A stretch of 64,000 nucleotides of DNA from an uncultured virus (IMG/VR IMGVR_UViG_3300019366_000026) (Duplodnaviria > Heunggongvirae > Uroviricota > Caudoviricetes). The notes under the pieces are model-generated. The model was not told the origin of the DNA, searched no databases, and was given only the letters and a program-made list of their open reading frames with translations. The DNA lies in IMG/VR virus record IMGVR_UViG_3300019366_000026; one strand, written 5' to 3'. Made by a program: the position numbers and the translations under genes. This document shows positions 28,101 through 37,301 of the stretch, one piece after another; position 1 is the first letter of the stretch, and each line of letters begins with the position of its first letter.

Positions 28101-30248
28101 AAAATCGAATTGGAACGTGTAATTAGTCGCAGAGGTCGAGGAATTCTGATTGACATTTTCACTCCACAACGAAAGTCCGGAGGTCGCGTCTATGATTTCC
28201 AAGCGTCTAATGACACCAAGCACTTCATCGTTGCCATCAAACGTAACGGATTTAATGGCGGCGCGAGCAATGATGTCAGATCCAAACGCGGCATATATTG
28301 CAGGGTTTTCAAGATATATATTCAGCGATGACCCTGACGCAGTTCCTGACCCTGTACTTTTGGGTATTTTGATAGATTCGCCCATTTCATTGCCACGTTT
28401 GCTTACCGCTTTGATGATATGGTTTTCCGCGTCCTGATCGCTTTCGAGATGGTCGAAACTGTCTTGCTGTATTTCGTATGCACCGCCAGTGGAGAGAGCC
28501 TCTTTTCCGTCCTTTTCGGGCTTGTCGGAGGTTTTTACAGAGCCACCTCCGCCAAACTCTTTCCACAAGTCTTTGCTTGCGAAGTCCGTAGGCTGGCCCG
28601 TGAACTGATACGCCTCCCACTTATATTCCTCAACTCGGAAAGTGATAACGAGGCCTCCCTTTGCATAGGTTATGCCTGATTTGGATTGCTCAGAGAGAAT
28701 CGCGTCAATAGCCGTGTCTTTGGTATAAAACCCGGCCACGGATCGAGGGCAAAGGGCATCCACGTTGATAATCGCTTCTGCTCCGGCCGACATACCTGCA
28801 AGGTCAACCCAATTTTGGGGGCTTAGGAACTGCGGCTCAGTTACATTCGGGCCGACATACTGATAAGTTTTCCATGAAGCAGAACCTATGGCGAAAGTTA
28901 TCTGCAAGCCGAGCGAGGCCACTCCCTCTTTGAGAATAGCCTGAAGGACGTTATGGGTCTGCGTTTCAGCGTTGATATCCGAGTAATACTCTCCACTTGG
29001 CAGTGGTATTTCTACGGTTGCATTGTATGTGTTACCAACAGCCGAGCCGGAAATTGACTCCAGTTTGTCATTGTTGATACGATATATACCATCGGGCAAA
29101 CGATAGAGCCAGCCGGGGTTGTAGTAAATATCCGAATTGTAGAGTTCTTCTGCAATTCCGTAAAAGTCAGTATTTCCGAAACTTCGGAAATACACCCCAT
29201 CGTCGCCATTAGGACAGAGCCAAACACCACTTGTCGGCTCTTTGTCGGTTCCATCCCAATATCCGTCTGCGGGAAGAATACCGATTGTGTTAATACGGTG
29301 GGCGTTGTCATAGATTTGGCGACTCGCCATCTCCTGCTGCTCTTTCAACTGCGCACCCTCATCGCCGGGGAAAGCAGACCCGGCGACATGGCCGAGAGCA
29401 AGGTCGGAGCCTATGGCAATTAACTCCGTACCACTCCAACGGAATGTCTTGTTTTCGGAAGTACACGTATAGATTTTGCCGGCTTCAGGCACTCGACCAT
29501 CTGTTGTGTATTTTCCAAATGAATCAGCATCGAGCCAGTTGTTGTAATAAATAAATGCCGAGGATATGAGAGTAATCCCGGTATCTTTTATATTCCAGTA
29601 GTCGGTAACCTGAACCTTCGTCAAATCTCCTCCGACAATAGCAGTAGAAGGAGTTGACGCCACCCTCTGAGGTCTGAGAACTGCACCCCAATCGGCATCG
29701 ACTGCAACATTGCGGTTTGAAACCGCTAAAACAAAACGATTGGTGGCTGCATTATACACCACCATGCACCCTGCGTCGGTGGAGCTCTTGGAGATAGAAG
29801 CTATCTGAGGGGTCACATCCTCCACAAAGGCATTGAACTCCACAACATCATCAACGTATCCAGGAAGTTGTGATGCCGGAACTTTGCCGGTTGAATCAAG
29901 AGTTGCTAACCCACCAGGTAAACCTTTGGTATCGGTTACCTTCTTTGCGGCATCAGCCGTCGCCTTGGCTGTATCAGCGGTGCTTTGCGCTGTTGTGGCC
30001 TTTGACTTGGCCTCTTTGGCCTCATTGTATGCCGTATTTGCAATGCTTGATGCCGTTGAAGCAGTTTGTTGTAGGATATTATCCTGCTGAACACGGGCAT
30101 TCGTTTCTGTCGTCAGAGATTGATCGGTATTCTCTATTATCTCCGAGAGAAGTTTACCGACTCGTTCCGCCGTGTTCTTGCCCTCGCCATCCTCATATCG
30201 GATAAGGTCGGCCTGGCTTTTGAGATTGGTTTTACTATTGAGTCCCAT
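22101..30248 (-). CDS. Giant tail fibre/adhesin, DGR target 1
   Basis: 2715 aa: coiled-coil N-terminus, beta-rich repeats, CotH-like central motifs, leucine-rich repeats, C-terminal CLec-type domain ending in VR (GSRLAF). Confidence 0.88.
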   Translation of the reverse strand: MGLNSKTNLKSQADLIRYEDGEGKNTAERVGKLLSEIIENTDQSLTTETNARVQQDNILQQTASTASSIANTAYNEAKEAKSKATTAQSTADTAKATADAAKKVTDTKGLPGGLATLDSTGKVPASQLPGYVDDVVEFNAFVEDVTPQIASISKSSTDAGCMVVYNAATNRFVLAVSNRNVAVDADWGAVLRPQRVASTPSTAIVGGDLTKVQVTDYWNIKDTGITLISSAFIYYNNWLDADSFGKYTTDGRVPEAGKIYTCTSENKTFRWSGTELIAIGSDLALGHVAGSAFPGDEGAQLKEQQEMASRQIYDNAHRINTIGILPADGYWDGTDKEPTSGVWLCPNGDDGVYFRSFGNTDFYGIAEELYNSDIYYNPGWLYRLPDGIYRINNDKLESISGSAVGNTYNATVEIPLPSGEYYSDINAETQTHNVLQAILKEGVASLGLQITFAIGSASWKTYQYVGPNVTEPQFLSPQNWVDLAGMSAGAEAIINVDALCPRSVAGFYTKDTAIDAILSEQSKSGITYAKGGLVITFRVEEYKWEAYQFTGQPTDFASKDLWKEFGGGGSVKTSDKPEKDGKEALSTGGAYEIQQDSFDHLESDQDAENHIIKAVSKRGNEMGESIKIPKSTGSGTASGSSLNIYLENPAIYAAFGSDIIARAAIKSVTFDGNDEVLGVIRRLEIIDATSGLSLWSENVNQNSSTSATNYTFQFDFTPYFAEAAAKDFTIVASDAEGNIKRRTITVTAVDVTCTSVQTLNYTSSSALEVGGSTKNLLMYKFANNVSKQGVKVFTEMFYNGEWRSLGVATITDSYSHSISIDPCNVFGGGERLEHGSYPVRVYGEDVASGVTGNTIYSSIMCVDSASKEPIVSLRFNDANNGVVRLYDNLEVEVAAYTPGKNSTTAEVYVDGKEITSVDCQISQTYPVRKQIQGYATDGSATIEVYAKNGNSQTNPISVRVVGSAINAIIKEGALFGFDFSTRSNSEPDHTISNNGYTMSVIGSNWSSNGFATYLGENCLRIAENVKARIEKYQPFGSAATERTNGMAFQFAFATNNIKDDTAKLMECYDPDSGVGFYVTGNEIVLHCKTGTPNKITRSFKCGEKHTVGIVVEPSTITVRRGTTEYATVKLYVDGEEIGAIGYVANSGAILNTKNISFDGTDGDFYLYYTLAYDSYYEWAQAFQNYLCKLTDTEAMIAEYDKENVLDNQNRPSMSLLKEKGIPYYVVVAPQATFDSFDGDIDTKQNFKCTLFYFHPTMPWRSFKAENVRWRRQGTTSAKRPIKNDRFYLQKEKNWKITALNPEYTNADALKTYELFNIGYVRVIEHSIPVAILTVKVDYSDSSMANDCGVCDMMNATFRALGSNFLTPAQRAFDGTWEKKGVTVTGLEMNHSTANHPVAAFRATSDSLADAWFHARGNWKEDKGEQVALGFKDTPGYNKGCMNYGDFIEFFGKPQYDNAGKYTGQETLDEIMARFKTTEGLDTSKPYILSQYCGRDYRIMRFSGGEWARSTGSMKQINGKWVITGDVLNPVSGYELITYDAMDWFMGVGSIDDMMAPVKTQSSWVSKLNLGQETYPAWTQYFECMVDDDQLQEDLAMGRKVPYELFNVLKFCDSCDYSKKELSATWKKLWRDNAWKYMSIASLLAYYTFTDYLAAVDQQAKNMQPMFFLEDGCWVENGEYHSPSSMEPLRMYFNKVYDCDTCNGKDNDGGNTIPAELDPAEDDKCYAGRGSILWNNLRRCDNQEMVADAGGGTLTLPGVVGMMRTLPEVDGIGAGPFSPKGAMYYFVQKRIEMWPKVVCTYDCERKYIKYSEIYTDIYYYALHGSGRQALPRFIEQRWRIRDGYYQTGDFKDASHVLGGRIGAKTGAVIRFRAGKSGYYGIGNDGGNVTQGMYLKAGEQGVFTDFQHGDNILLYIYQADQMSEIDLSQISIDPNFQFSQMKLAEKIVIGSDIHKQAWRLSPGNTGFLTNMNLGDLPFLKHLDVRTTEVTTINAAKCPRLETVYAKGSDLSTITLAETSPISTLQLPATMTDLSFVNLPNLSYPGGLTIEGMSSVIRLMLAGCPNIDPMTLINGIVSASNIRYIRLPDVNITAPSSILSALKNSGAIGLDPSGQAYEESGQCSGITGRWIMSDLIEDSALANFGKYFPQLTLHNSQFSMVVYDDTVDDCENISNLDNNTGYRFNNDFVPSGHFKRLEELSHGVRGSFSTADNAMHCKRLSDDDYNFMEDGASVDLTDSSGMGYDFFKHVPNHWYKGVNDFKNQQKYGIRSTCTDEPISTASKTNRSKLSDLLVESNAALVVTGMAVGGVPTHTLNAACDVYEINVEGMKQVRWPGVNSTDLGCVFLDADGKIMSIFKMAVSNAQFDFVAGEDYIFCDVPAGAVKFRFTSQMGCGDQEAITVDSASVEAIEPDWVFRKEFLMGIYGVGIDALGRARSVSGTKAAVGDGTASTSPDWTYDKNGRVTNITPPTGLHRTRQDFINLCEMRGEGFHAISYEQSKDLANIIMELTGTRDIQAICGRGCSAGYTCGSQTLNGKNINAWGNRTVTGVTSNVGNLMFGIQNFVACNYEWMAHVAMNVSSFKDWKSKKCPTEDASYPLDTRFRIYDVVTDTERSVQATPQGSGYCISRVRHGRYMDVVPGKTSNDNSAWNKNYSDKWEYSNSRCRVVGRASHLANAFGGLVYALANHVSSFSSASNGSRLAFSGKIIFDDDEEQQVA
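22155..22265 (-). repeat. DGR variable repeat VR1
   Basis: 111-nt ungapped match to TR with 14 mismatches, all opposite TR adenines (manual count). Confidence 0.96.
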
Positions 30249-30259
30249 AACGGTGTTTT

Positions 30260-30772
30260 TTATCCGATTTTACGAATGGTGCAGCCGCCGGTCGAGAGAA
30301 CCTTGCGGCCTTTACGATTTCCTAAGAGTCCATTGGCTTTGCAGAATGCCAGACACTCGCTCAAATAATGGTTGGCTACTTCGAGGGCATTGTTATAGCA
30401 ATCAGATCTCTCCTTGCTGCTTATGGCACTGGAATAGTCCCCGTCTTTCAGCCTCATGCCATACCGGGTTGACTGAAAATCTCCAGTCATCACGTTTTGA
30501 GCATATACGAAGTATGACAATGTTGTCTTGAGTCCTACGAATGAGTGGAGGTTTTCAGAAGAATCCTTATATGTGCCACCGTTAAGCAGAACTTTGTACA
30601 GATCATTCGTTTCTCCCTCTTTGAGAATATTGAGGAAAAGTTCATCGCCCAAAGCCGGTTTGATGTTCATCTGTTCCGCTTCGGTAATGTATGCGATCAA
30701 CTTTTCGTCATCAACTTTACCTATTGGTCTGCCGAGACTAACTATTTCACTCGGGGTTATTATGTGCTCCAT
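30260..30772 (-). CDS. Probable head-tail adaptor
   Basis: 170 aa directly after portal. Confidence 0.55.
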   Translation of the reverse strand: MEHIITPSEIVSLGRPIGKVDDEKLIAYITEAEQMNIKPALGDELFLNILKEGETNDLYKVLLNGGTYKDSSENLHSFVGLKTTLSYFVYAQNVMTGDFQSTRYGMRLKDGDYSSAISSKERSDCYNNALEVANHYLSECLAFCKANGLLGNRKGRKVLSTGGCTIRKIG

Positions 30773-31949
30773 CGCTCTTGTTAGATTCGTTAGTTACATA
30801 GACCAGTGGTTGTACTGTATAGTCTTCGCTACGGTTGACGACCTCGAACCAGTGGTCGAATATTCTTTTTATTGCTCGTGAGATTGCTCGACGCTCCTTA
30901 GCGACATACGAGTTGTAGTATTCGTAGGCTTCTGCAATCACGGTTCCGCTCCATCCCGTTTTGCCGCTTCTAATCAAGTAGAATACTTCTTGCCCAAAGG
31001 CAGAATAAATTCTTTCGGTTGTACTCTTTTCGGTTGAATCGAACTTACTATCGAAATTGGTTGCTTCAAACGGCACAAATTGAGGTTTATCCTCTTCCGC
31101 TTGATATGTGATGTCTATGATTGAGCAGGCATTGACATCACCTTGGAATATGTCGAGATTCTTGGAGAAATCGTCATCGCTAACTGACCCACCGTCGCGC
31201 TCATTGCCATCATCATCAAGACCCATCGCGGTACCCTTGCGACGCATGAGCATACCTGACATAAGGAAGTTATTTCGCGTGTTGCGATACTTCACATTAT
31301 CAAGACCCTCGTCAGTTGAAAGATTTGTGACCGCCTTGTCGTAGATAGGCTTGGGATACTCGAAACGGCCGTCCATTGAGAACCAAAGGATCTGCCCTTT
31401 GTATTTGTCAATGCCACCGGAAGCCACGATTTGTGATAACACAACCTCTTTTATGGGATTGAACACGTAGATTTTATCGACGTGCTTTTTGTCAACGAGA
31501 ATCTTATTGCCCTTGCGGGTTTTATGCCCGGTCCAATCGGGGTGAACGTTGATGTAGGTTACTTGGCCGCCCTCTGTTTCCTCTTCCAAACGGCAGTCCT
31601 GAAATGGAATATGGTTCAACTCCACAATCTCACACGCCAAATTGTAATTGACATGGAGTGCGAAGCCGTGGTAGAGTGCCATGTCTTTAGCCAGTAGGCT
31701 ATAAATGTCATCAACAGTATCGCCTGCCCGGTTAACGATGTATTCCGAAAACTCGGTATCGTTAAGCCCGTTGCCCTCAATGAATGTCTGGTAACGTTCG
31801 CAACACGAGCCGCCGGTCGGACTATTCAATATAAGATTGAGCATACGCTGGGGATAAAGATTATCCCTACCGTATGCTTGTATGTTGAGGGTGCTCCAAT
31901 AGACATTTGTCAGTCTTTCAGGAGAGCGTCGGACATTGTTGATGTTCAT
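30747..31949 (-). CDS. Portal protein
   Basis: 400 aa; YGRDNLYPQ, FIEGNG, NNFLMSGML resemble Bacteroidales phage portals; head-module position. Confidence 0.75.
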   Translation of the reverse strand: MNINNVRRSPERLTNVYWSTLNIQAYGRDNLYPQRMLNLILNSPTGGSCCERYQTFIEGNGLNDTEFSEYIVNRAGDTVDDIYSLLAKDMALYHGFALHVNYNLACEIVELNHIPFQDCRLEEETEGGQVTYINVHPDWTGHKTRKGNKILVDKKHVDKIYVFNPIKEVVLSQIVASGGIDKYKGQILWFSMDGRFEYPKPIYDKAVTNLSTDEGLDNVKYRNTRNNFLMSGMLMRRKGTAMGLDDDGNERDGGSVSDDDFSKNLDIFQGDVNACSIIDITYQAEEDKPQFVPFEATNFDSKFDSTEKSTTERIYSAFGQEVFYLIRSGKTGWSGTVIAEAYEYYNSYVAKERRAISRAIKRIFDHWFEVVNRSEDYTVQPLVYVTNESNKSDGAHNNPE

Positions 31950-31960
31950 GCATCAGGAGT

Positions 31961-32785
31961 TTATTCAGCGTCTTTCGCGCTATTGTTTTTCAGGCGGGTG
32001 TTTGCGGCTTTGAGAGCGCGGTTGTCGAGTTTGAGCTGTTCATTTTCAGCCTGGGCCGCTTCCAGTTCTGCTTTTGCGGTTGCCAACTCCATCTGAAGAT
32101 TGTTTACCTCTTCGGATTCGAAGTTTTCACCGGAGGCTTCGATTGCGGTCCTTTCTGCGAGGAGTCCATTGAGTGCTTCCACTTTCTGAGTCAATTCGGC
32201 ATTTTCCTCGGTAAGATTTTTGACTTTGGATGTCAGTTCCTCCTTGTCATTGCGCAGCGACTCAATCTGCTGCCCCGCCTCAATAAGCGAGGTCTTGAGT
32301 TCTTCTGCTTCGCCGTCGTTAACGGTTGGAGCATTCTCTCCCGTGTCTTTTTTCTCGGCTTCCGCTTTGGCTCGTGCCTCCTCTGCTTTGCGGGCTTTGT
32401 AGGCAGCCACTCGATCCTCCCAGTCAACCGGGAGTTGGGCGAACTTATTTACCTCATGCGGGAACTTGCTGAGGAATTCTTCGGCGATGTCGTCTGAAGG
32501 CAGAGGATTGGTGTAAAAACGAGAAGTCCCGACAGGATGGATTAACGCTCCGCCCTTCAGGATATAGTTGGGTGATTTCGGCATTTCTTTGTCAGTTTTA
32601 AGTTTGTTGTAAATCATTACATAAGCGTCCCGGTAACAATCGCTACAGCCCGTATTTGTTATTTCCGAGCCGTAGATAAGCCGATGTAGCCTATCAAGCA
32701 GAATCCTATCCGAAGAAGAAAAGCCGCTTTGGAAACGGCTTTTCATCTCAGAAAGGTCAGCCATTGTCTTTTCGTAGCTTCCCAT
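31961..32785 (-). CDS. Coiled-coil phage protein
   Basis: 274 aa, CSDC motif, long heptad C-terminus. Confidence 0.7.
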   Translation of the reverse strand: MGSYEKTMADLSEMKSRFQSGFSSSDRILLDRLHRLIYGSEITNTGCSDCYRDAYVMIYNKLKTDKEMPKSPNYILKGGALIHPVGTSRFYTNPLPSDDIAEEFLSKFPHEVNKFAQLPVDWEDRVAAYKARKAEEARAKAEAEKKDTGENAPTVNDGEAEELKTSLIEAGQQIESLRNDKEELTSKVKNLTEENAELTQKVEALNGLLAERTAIEASGENFESEEVNNLQMELATAKAELEAAQAENEQLKLDNRALKAANTRLKNNSAKDAE

Positions 32786-32793
32786 AGGCAGAT

Positions 32794-33390
32794 TTATGAG
32801 CCACTAACGAGTGAGGCAAGGGCTGTGCGGGTTGCGGACAATGATTCTCCGAAGAGGAAGATGCCAGAAGTCGGTGCGTTCTCTTCCTGAAGTGTGGCGA
32901 GCCAACCACCTTCGGTGTCATCGGAGTATTTGTCGTCGTCGAGGGCTGTTGCCGTAAGTCCGGACTCCAGACCATAAATCTCATAGGTGTTCTTCCCGTC
33001 AGCACCGGCGAACTTGTTTTCAAGTACCACCACGAATGTGCCGTTGGCAAGCTGGTCGATGATATTGTGAGATACATCGGGGCCATTGTCGAGAATGACG
33101 ACGGAAACGTCCTTGTTGAATCGGTTTCGATATGTTCCGGCTACCATTGACTTTTTCGTGCCAGTGTAAGGGCTCTTGCCGGGTACATACATTTTGTAAG
33201 CCTTGGCGCCGGTTTTCAGAATGAGAGCCTTGACGATGTTCGGGTTTGTAGGGTCACGAGTCGTGGCTTCAAAATCGATGTCGTCATAGTTCATAATGTA
33301 ACCGTGGGATTTGATACCCTTAACGGGTTTCACGGTACAGTTAGCCGCCAAATCGGCAGCTAACTGATAATCGCAACTTTCTGTAGCCAT
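32794..33390 (-). CDS. Virion structural protein (tail-tube-like)
   Basis: 198 aa directly after capsid, YEIYGLESGL motif. Confidence 0.6.
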   Translation of the reverse strand: MATESCDYQLAADLAANCTVKPVKGIKSHGYIMNYDDIDFEATTRDPTNPNIVKALILKTGAKAYKMYVPGKSPYTGTKKSMVAGTYRNRFNKDVSVVILDNGPDVSHNIIDQLANGTFVVVLENKFAGADGKNTYEIYGLESGLTATALDDDKYSDDTEGGWLATLQEENAPTSGIFLFGESLSATRTALASLVSGS

Positions 33391-33403
33391 ACTGAATCAG
33401 GGT

Positions 33404-34468
33404 TTAGATAGCGATCTGGACGAGCTCGTCCTCACCTACGAGAGTGCCGATTTTCGATGCGGCGTAGATGTAGTTCTTGCGGTCCTTATCGTTGAAGTGA
33501 ACACTGAGCGAAGCAATCTTGTCTTTGTCGTTCGTTCCGACGAAAAGGTTGTCGGGGGAGCAGACAATGGCACGATGGGGGCAGTTGAGGGCTGTTCCGG
33601 TGTCTTCGTATTTTTTGATCATGCGGTCCCAAATGTCGAGGGCGATAATGGTACGGCCGTCATATTCCGAAAGAGTGATACCGGTGGCAACGTTCTCGAA
33701 CGGCATTGTGGTCTTGCCATAGCGTTCCACAAGGTCGGTACGGAGTGCCTTGAACATGGAGTTCGTGCAGAAGATAGCCGAGCCGGGCTTGTCGAAGATG
33801 CGAGAGTCTGCATCAGCAAGCAGGGTGTCGAAAATCTTGATGGCAGTACCGGGGACGAGAATTCCGTTCTTCTGGTCGAGGTATGTGGTAGCAGCGTTTG
33901 CAGCGATTTCCGTATGCTGGTTGGGATTGGCTGCGATAATCGCCTGAAGACGCTTCCACAGACCGTCGCACATGTTGAACAGTTTTGGGTTGATACCGGC
34001 TTTGAGGATACCACCGTCAGCGATATTCTTCGCGTCCTTGTCACCGAACCACACGATACGCCAGAACATTTCCTTCATAGCCTTCTCGAGAAGAGGCATA
34101 AGAATCTGATCCCAGTAGGGGGTGTCCTGGAGATAAGCGCGGTCGGTGCCGGTGTTGAGCGAATCTTCCGCGATGGTGTTTTCCAACTCATCGTAGCAGA
34201 TTTCCTTAGCGATTTCCCAGTCGCCGAGTTCCCACTCCTTCTGAATGCCGGTTACATTTACTTTGCTGTATTGGGGGTCACAGCCACTGCGTGCCTCGCC
34301 GACATCGCCCATGCTGTCGATGTACCCGAGTTTCTTACCGTTTGTTACACCGGTTTCATTTTTGACCGTAAGGTCAATGTCGGGATCATCGTACACCGTG
34401 AGAAAGAGCAATTCCCGAAGGTCAGTAATCGCCCCGTTGTCGACGGTAAATTGATTCCAGTTAATCAT
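33404..34468 (-). CDS. Major capsid protein
   Basis: 354 aa after prohead protease; WRIVWFGD..DGLWK pattern. Confidence 0.8.
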   Translation of the reverse strand: MINWNQFTVDNGAITDLRELLFLTVYDDPDIDLTVKNETGVTNGKKLGYIDSMGDVGEARSGCDPQYSKVNVTGIQKEWELGDWEIAKEICYDELENTIAEDSLNTGTDRAYLQDTPYWDQILMPLLEKAMKEMFWRIVWFGDKDAKNIADGGILKAGINPKLFNMCDGLWKRLQAIIAANPNQHTEIAANAATTYLDQKNGILVPGTAIKIFDTLLADADSRIFDKPGSAIFCTNSMFKALRTDLVERYGKTTMPFENVATGITLSEYDGRTIIALDIWDRMIKKYEDTGTALNCPHRAIVCSPDNLFVGTNDKDKIASLSVHFNDKDRKNYIYAASKIGTLVGEDELVQIAI

Positions 34469-34501
34469 ATTGTTTGATTAAATTGTTACGTGGTGATTGA
34501 T

Positions 34502-35815
34502 TTACTTTCTGCGCTGTTCGCGTTTAGCGGCTACAGCTTCGCGGCGTTTGTTGATTGCATCGCGGGTCTTGGACTGGGGAGCCTGCTGGCCGGCGGGAGC
34601 ACCGTGAGCAACGAAACGACGGTTCTGAGGAGTGTAAGTGGAACGCATGCCGAGAGTCTGGTCGAGCCAGGACATTCCTCCGGCGCGGTTGACCTTTGCG
34701 ACGATGGGACGGGCGCTCTTGAGTTCCACTTCCTGCTCCTCAACCTTTTTCTGAAGCTCGTCAACAGTCTGCTGGAGTTCTTCAACCTGAGGTGCGTTCT
34801 CTTCGGGGGTCGCGTCGGGGTCGAGTTCTTTCAGGCGACCCTGAAGCTCTGCGATGAGTTCGCGGATTTCTTCGGGGTCATTAGCGGAAGCGAGGGGGTC
34901 GGGATCATCGTCAGTGTTGTCCTCCACAGGGTCGATGATGTCTGTGATGCGTTCGCCTTCTACGACGATTTCAGTGCCGTCGTCGAGGATATAGTTACCG
35001 TCAGGATAGGCGCTGTCGCCAATCTGAGGGTCACCATCCTCGCGTTCAACTGTAAACTCGCTGCCATCAGCGGCGGTTACAACCTGGTCTTTCATGCGTG
35101 CAAGGCCAGTCTTCGCGAGAAACCGTGCGAAAGCGGAGGGCTGCTTAGCAGCGGTTCTGCGGGAGTTTTGGGGTTTTGCCATACGATTTTTATTGAGTTT
35201 TGAATTCTTATTGCGTTTTGTCCTGTGAGCGGTTGTAGGTACGAGTATGTGGGAGATAAAGCCAAGTTCCTGCGCGCGCTCGGCGTCAATGAATGTGTCT
35301 TTGTCCATCAAGGATTGGAGGGCCTTGCGATTTGCTCCGGTGCGTTCGACATAAAGGTCAAGAATGCGGTCTTGCTCTTCACGAAGAGCCTTTGACTGCA
35401 CCGAGAGGTCTTCAATCAGATCATCGAGTTTGTCCGGCGTATAGCGCAGGGGCATATCGGTCATCAGATACTCATAGGCCGGATTGTGCAGGCACATACG
35501 GATATTTTTGTGTGCGAAGCGACGCTCAGCGGGTGCAGCAAGCAGAATGATTGAAGCGATAGACGAACATTCCCCTTCGACCGTAGCAGAAATCTGTTTG
35601 CCGGAAGCGCGAAGTGCGTCATAGATGGACCAGCCTTCGCCGCAGTCGCCACCGCAACAATGCAGCCGAATATCAATGACGTTATCGTCTTCCGGAATGG
35701 ATTCGATGAACTCTTTCACGTCCTTGAAGCATACGCCTTCCGGCGCTCCCCAATCAGCCATGCAGAGCTTCTGTTCTTCATCGACTATATCATTGTAAAT
35801 CTTTAATGTAGCCAT
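34502..35815 (-). CDS. ClpP-like prohead protease with scaffold extension
   Basis: GGDCGEGWSIYDAL, CSSIASII, CLHNP motifs; acidic coiled-coil C-terminus. Confidence 0.88.
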   Translation of the reverse strand: MATLKIYNDIVDEEQKLCMADWGAPEGVCFKDVKEFIESIPEDDNVIDIRLHCCGGDCGEGWSIYDALRASGKQISATVEGECSSIASIILLAAPAERRFAHKNIRMCLHNPAYEYLMTDMPLRYTPDKLDDLIEDLSVQSKALREEQDRILDLYVERTGANRKALQSLMDKDTFIDAERAQELGFISHILVPTTAHRTKRNKNSKLNKNRMAKPQNSRRTAAKQPSAFARFLAKTGLARMKDQVVTAADGSEFTVEREDGDPQIGDSAYPDGNYILDDGTEIVVEGERITDIIDPVEDNTDDDPDPLASANDPEEIRELIAELQGRLKELDPDATPEENAPQVEELQQTVDELQKKVEEQEVELKSARPIVAKVNRAGGMSWLDQTLGMRSTYTPQNRRFVAHGAPAGQQAPQSKTRDAINKRREAVAAKREQRRK

Positions 35816-35848
35816 TGCGGAGATTGATTTTTAGATGATTTATCAATC

Positions 35849-35856
35849 CAAAGTTA
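35849..35856 (-). promoter_or_regulatory. -7 element of head operon promoter
   Basis: TAACTTTG 34 nt upstream of the protease ATG; no operator boxes. Confidence 0.55.
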
Positions 35857-36080
35857 CACCTATATTAAGTGCTGAGAGTCAATGTATTAGAGATTTGAGG
35901 TGCAATGGCAAATTCAGTATTGGATAGTTCTAATATCTTGATTTTGTGCGAGGTAGGCGTTGAGGTTGTATTAAGGGTTGTCGCTGGATCTAATGCTGTA
36001 GGCAGGTATTAGTTGTTTAAGTTTGCGATTTCAAATTATAGGATGTGGCTAAATAATTGGTTTCAAGAAAATTTCAAATG

Positions 36081-36109
36081 AAAAAGGCCCGGTTGTTAGC
36101 CGAGCCTTT
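36081..36109 (-). terminator. Intrinsic terminator
   Basis: AAAGGCTCGGC-TAACA-ACCGGGCCTTTTT on the minus strand. Confidence 0.65.
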
Positions 36110-36184
36110 ATAAGTGCAATCGTAATTACACCATTTTGTATGTTTTGAGCCTATTTTTGTGGTATCTTTAGGGTATATCCCAGA

Positions 36185-36649
36185 TTAGAGAATCGTGAAT
36201 TGTTTGTTGGCGAAGAGGTTTACCTGATTAACCATAATATCCCGCAGGATTGGAATAAATTCGTTGAGTTGTACGGCAATAATCAACAGCCGTTCTCGAT
36301 TGTCCTTATCAAGGAAGCCCATGCCTGAACGTGTTGCCATTTCGCTAATGCCGTCACGTATGGTTGTAAGGTGCAGAAGCGAAGTTGCAAGGCAGAATTG
36401 ACCAGATGTCGGGGTTTCTACCATCACATTTGTCAAGCCTTGTTTGGTCTTTTTTCGAGCCTCTGAAAGACATATACGACTAATGCCATGTCCTACTCCA
36501 GTGTTTTTGCCCAGTGAAGCCGGAGCATAGGTTTCAGTTATAAGTATCTGGCCGTCCTCCACGTTGTGATCGGCTCGCGCGATAGTCTTTTTTTTGGGTG
36601 CACGACGTATGACTTCAGTCGTGACCGTTGTTGTCGTTATCTCTTTCAT
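36185..36649 (-). CDS. Hypothetical phage protein
   Basis: 154-aa ORF. Confidence 0.6.
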   Translation of the reverse strand: MKEITTTTVTTEVIRRAPKKKTIARADHNVEDGQILITETYAPASLGKNTGVGHGISRICLSEARKKTKQGLTNVMVETPTSGQFCLATSLLHLTTIRDGISEMATRSGMGFLDKDNRERLLIIAVQLNEFIPILRDIMVNQVNLFANKQFTIL

Positions 36650-36879
36650 ATGTCCTCTGTTTGTACCTCTTCGCCGTTTTCATATCGGGCAATGTGGAGT
36701 TCTTCACTTACCATCCACTGACAGTTGGATAGCTTGAATCCATATTTTTCTTCGAGAGTGCTGAGGAATGTTTCAAAATCCTCATACTTCTCGGATTCCT
36801 GGATTTCTTCGGGAGTCAGGTGTATGATGTTTACCCACCCCGTCGTAAAATCGAGGATTGTTACATAGTTTGTTTCCAT
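36646..36879 (-). CDS. Hypothetical acidic protein
   Basis: 77-aa ORF. Confidence 0.65.
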   Translation of the reverse strand: METNYVTILDFTTGWVNIIHLTPEEIQESEKYEDFETFLSTLEEKYGFKLSNCQWMVSEELHIARYENGEEVQTEDI

Positions 36880-36884
36880 ATTGA

Positions 36885-37040
36885 TTAGTCTAATGTGAAT
36901 TCATCGCTGTAAACCCAGATATGCTTACCTGAGCCGCAAATCTCAACTTCCCACTTATACATCGTGGGCCAGTATTCTACAAGTATGATGTTTCGGTAGC
37001 CTTGGTATGGCTCGTTAAGGGTTGCGCTTCGTCCTTCCAT
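36885..37040 (-). CDS. Small hypothetical protein missing from the ORF track
   Basis: 51 aa MEGRSATLNEPYQGYRNIILVEYWPTMYKWEVEICGSGKHIWVYSDEFTLD fills the gap between neighbours. Confidence 0.65.
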   Translation of the reverse strand: MEGRSATLNEPYQGYRNIILVEYWPTMYKWEVEICGSGKHIWVYSDEFTLD

Positions 37041-37042
37041 AG

Positions 37043-37300
37043 TTATGCGTCTATTAAAGTTTGAATATAAGGCATGTCATCCTCGATGTCGTCACGCAAG
37101 ATTAAGAATCCCATTGGGGCCCTTTCATCTGAATGTCCTGAACAGACTCCGGCGCAAAAGTCGTCGGCTGTCGTTGGATTTGAAAAATCATACGATTGCC
37201 AATATACGCCCTCTTCAACATATTCTTTGAAACCAATGAGGTCATCGTCGGCGCGTAAGGACTCAGCATAACCTTCTCGGATTATATATACTTTTACCAT
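37043..37300 (-). CDS. Hypothetical acidic protein
   Basis: 85-aa ORF. Confidence 0.6.
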   Translation of the reverse strand: MVKVYIIREGYAESLRADDDLIGFKEYVEEGVYWQSYDFSNPTTADDFCAGVCSGHSDERAPMGFLILRDDIEDDMPYIQTLIDA

Positions 37301-37301
37301 A

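Noticed and set aside
33497..35203. 326-aa and 237-aa plus-strand ORFs
   Set aside because: Antisense to capsid and protease genes; explained by codon bias
35860..36180. ~320-bp G/T-skewed non-coding gap as origin or packaging site
   Set aside because: No iterons or other supporting structure seen beyond a terminator
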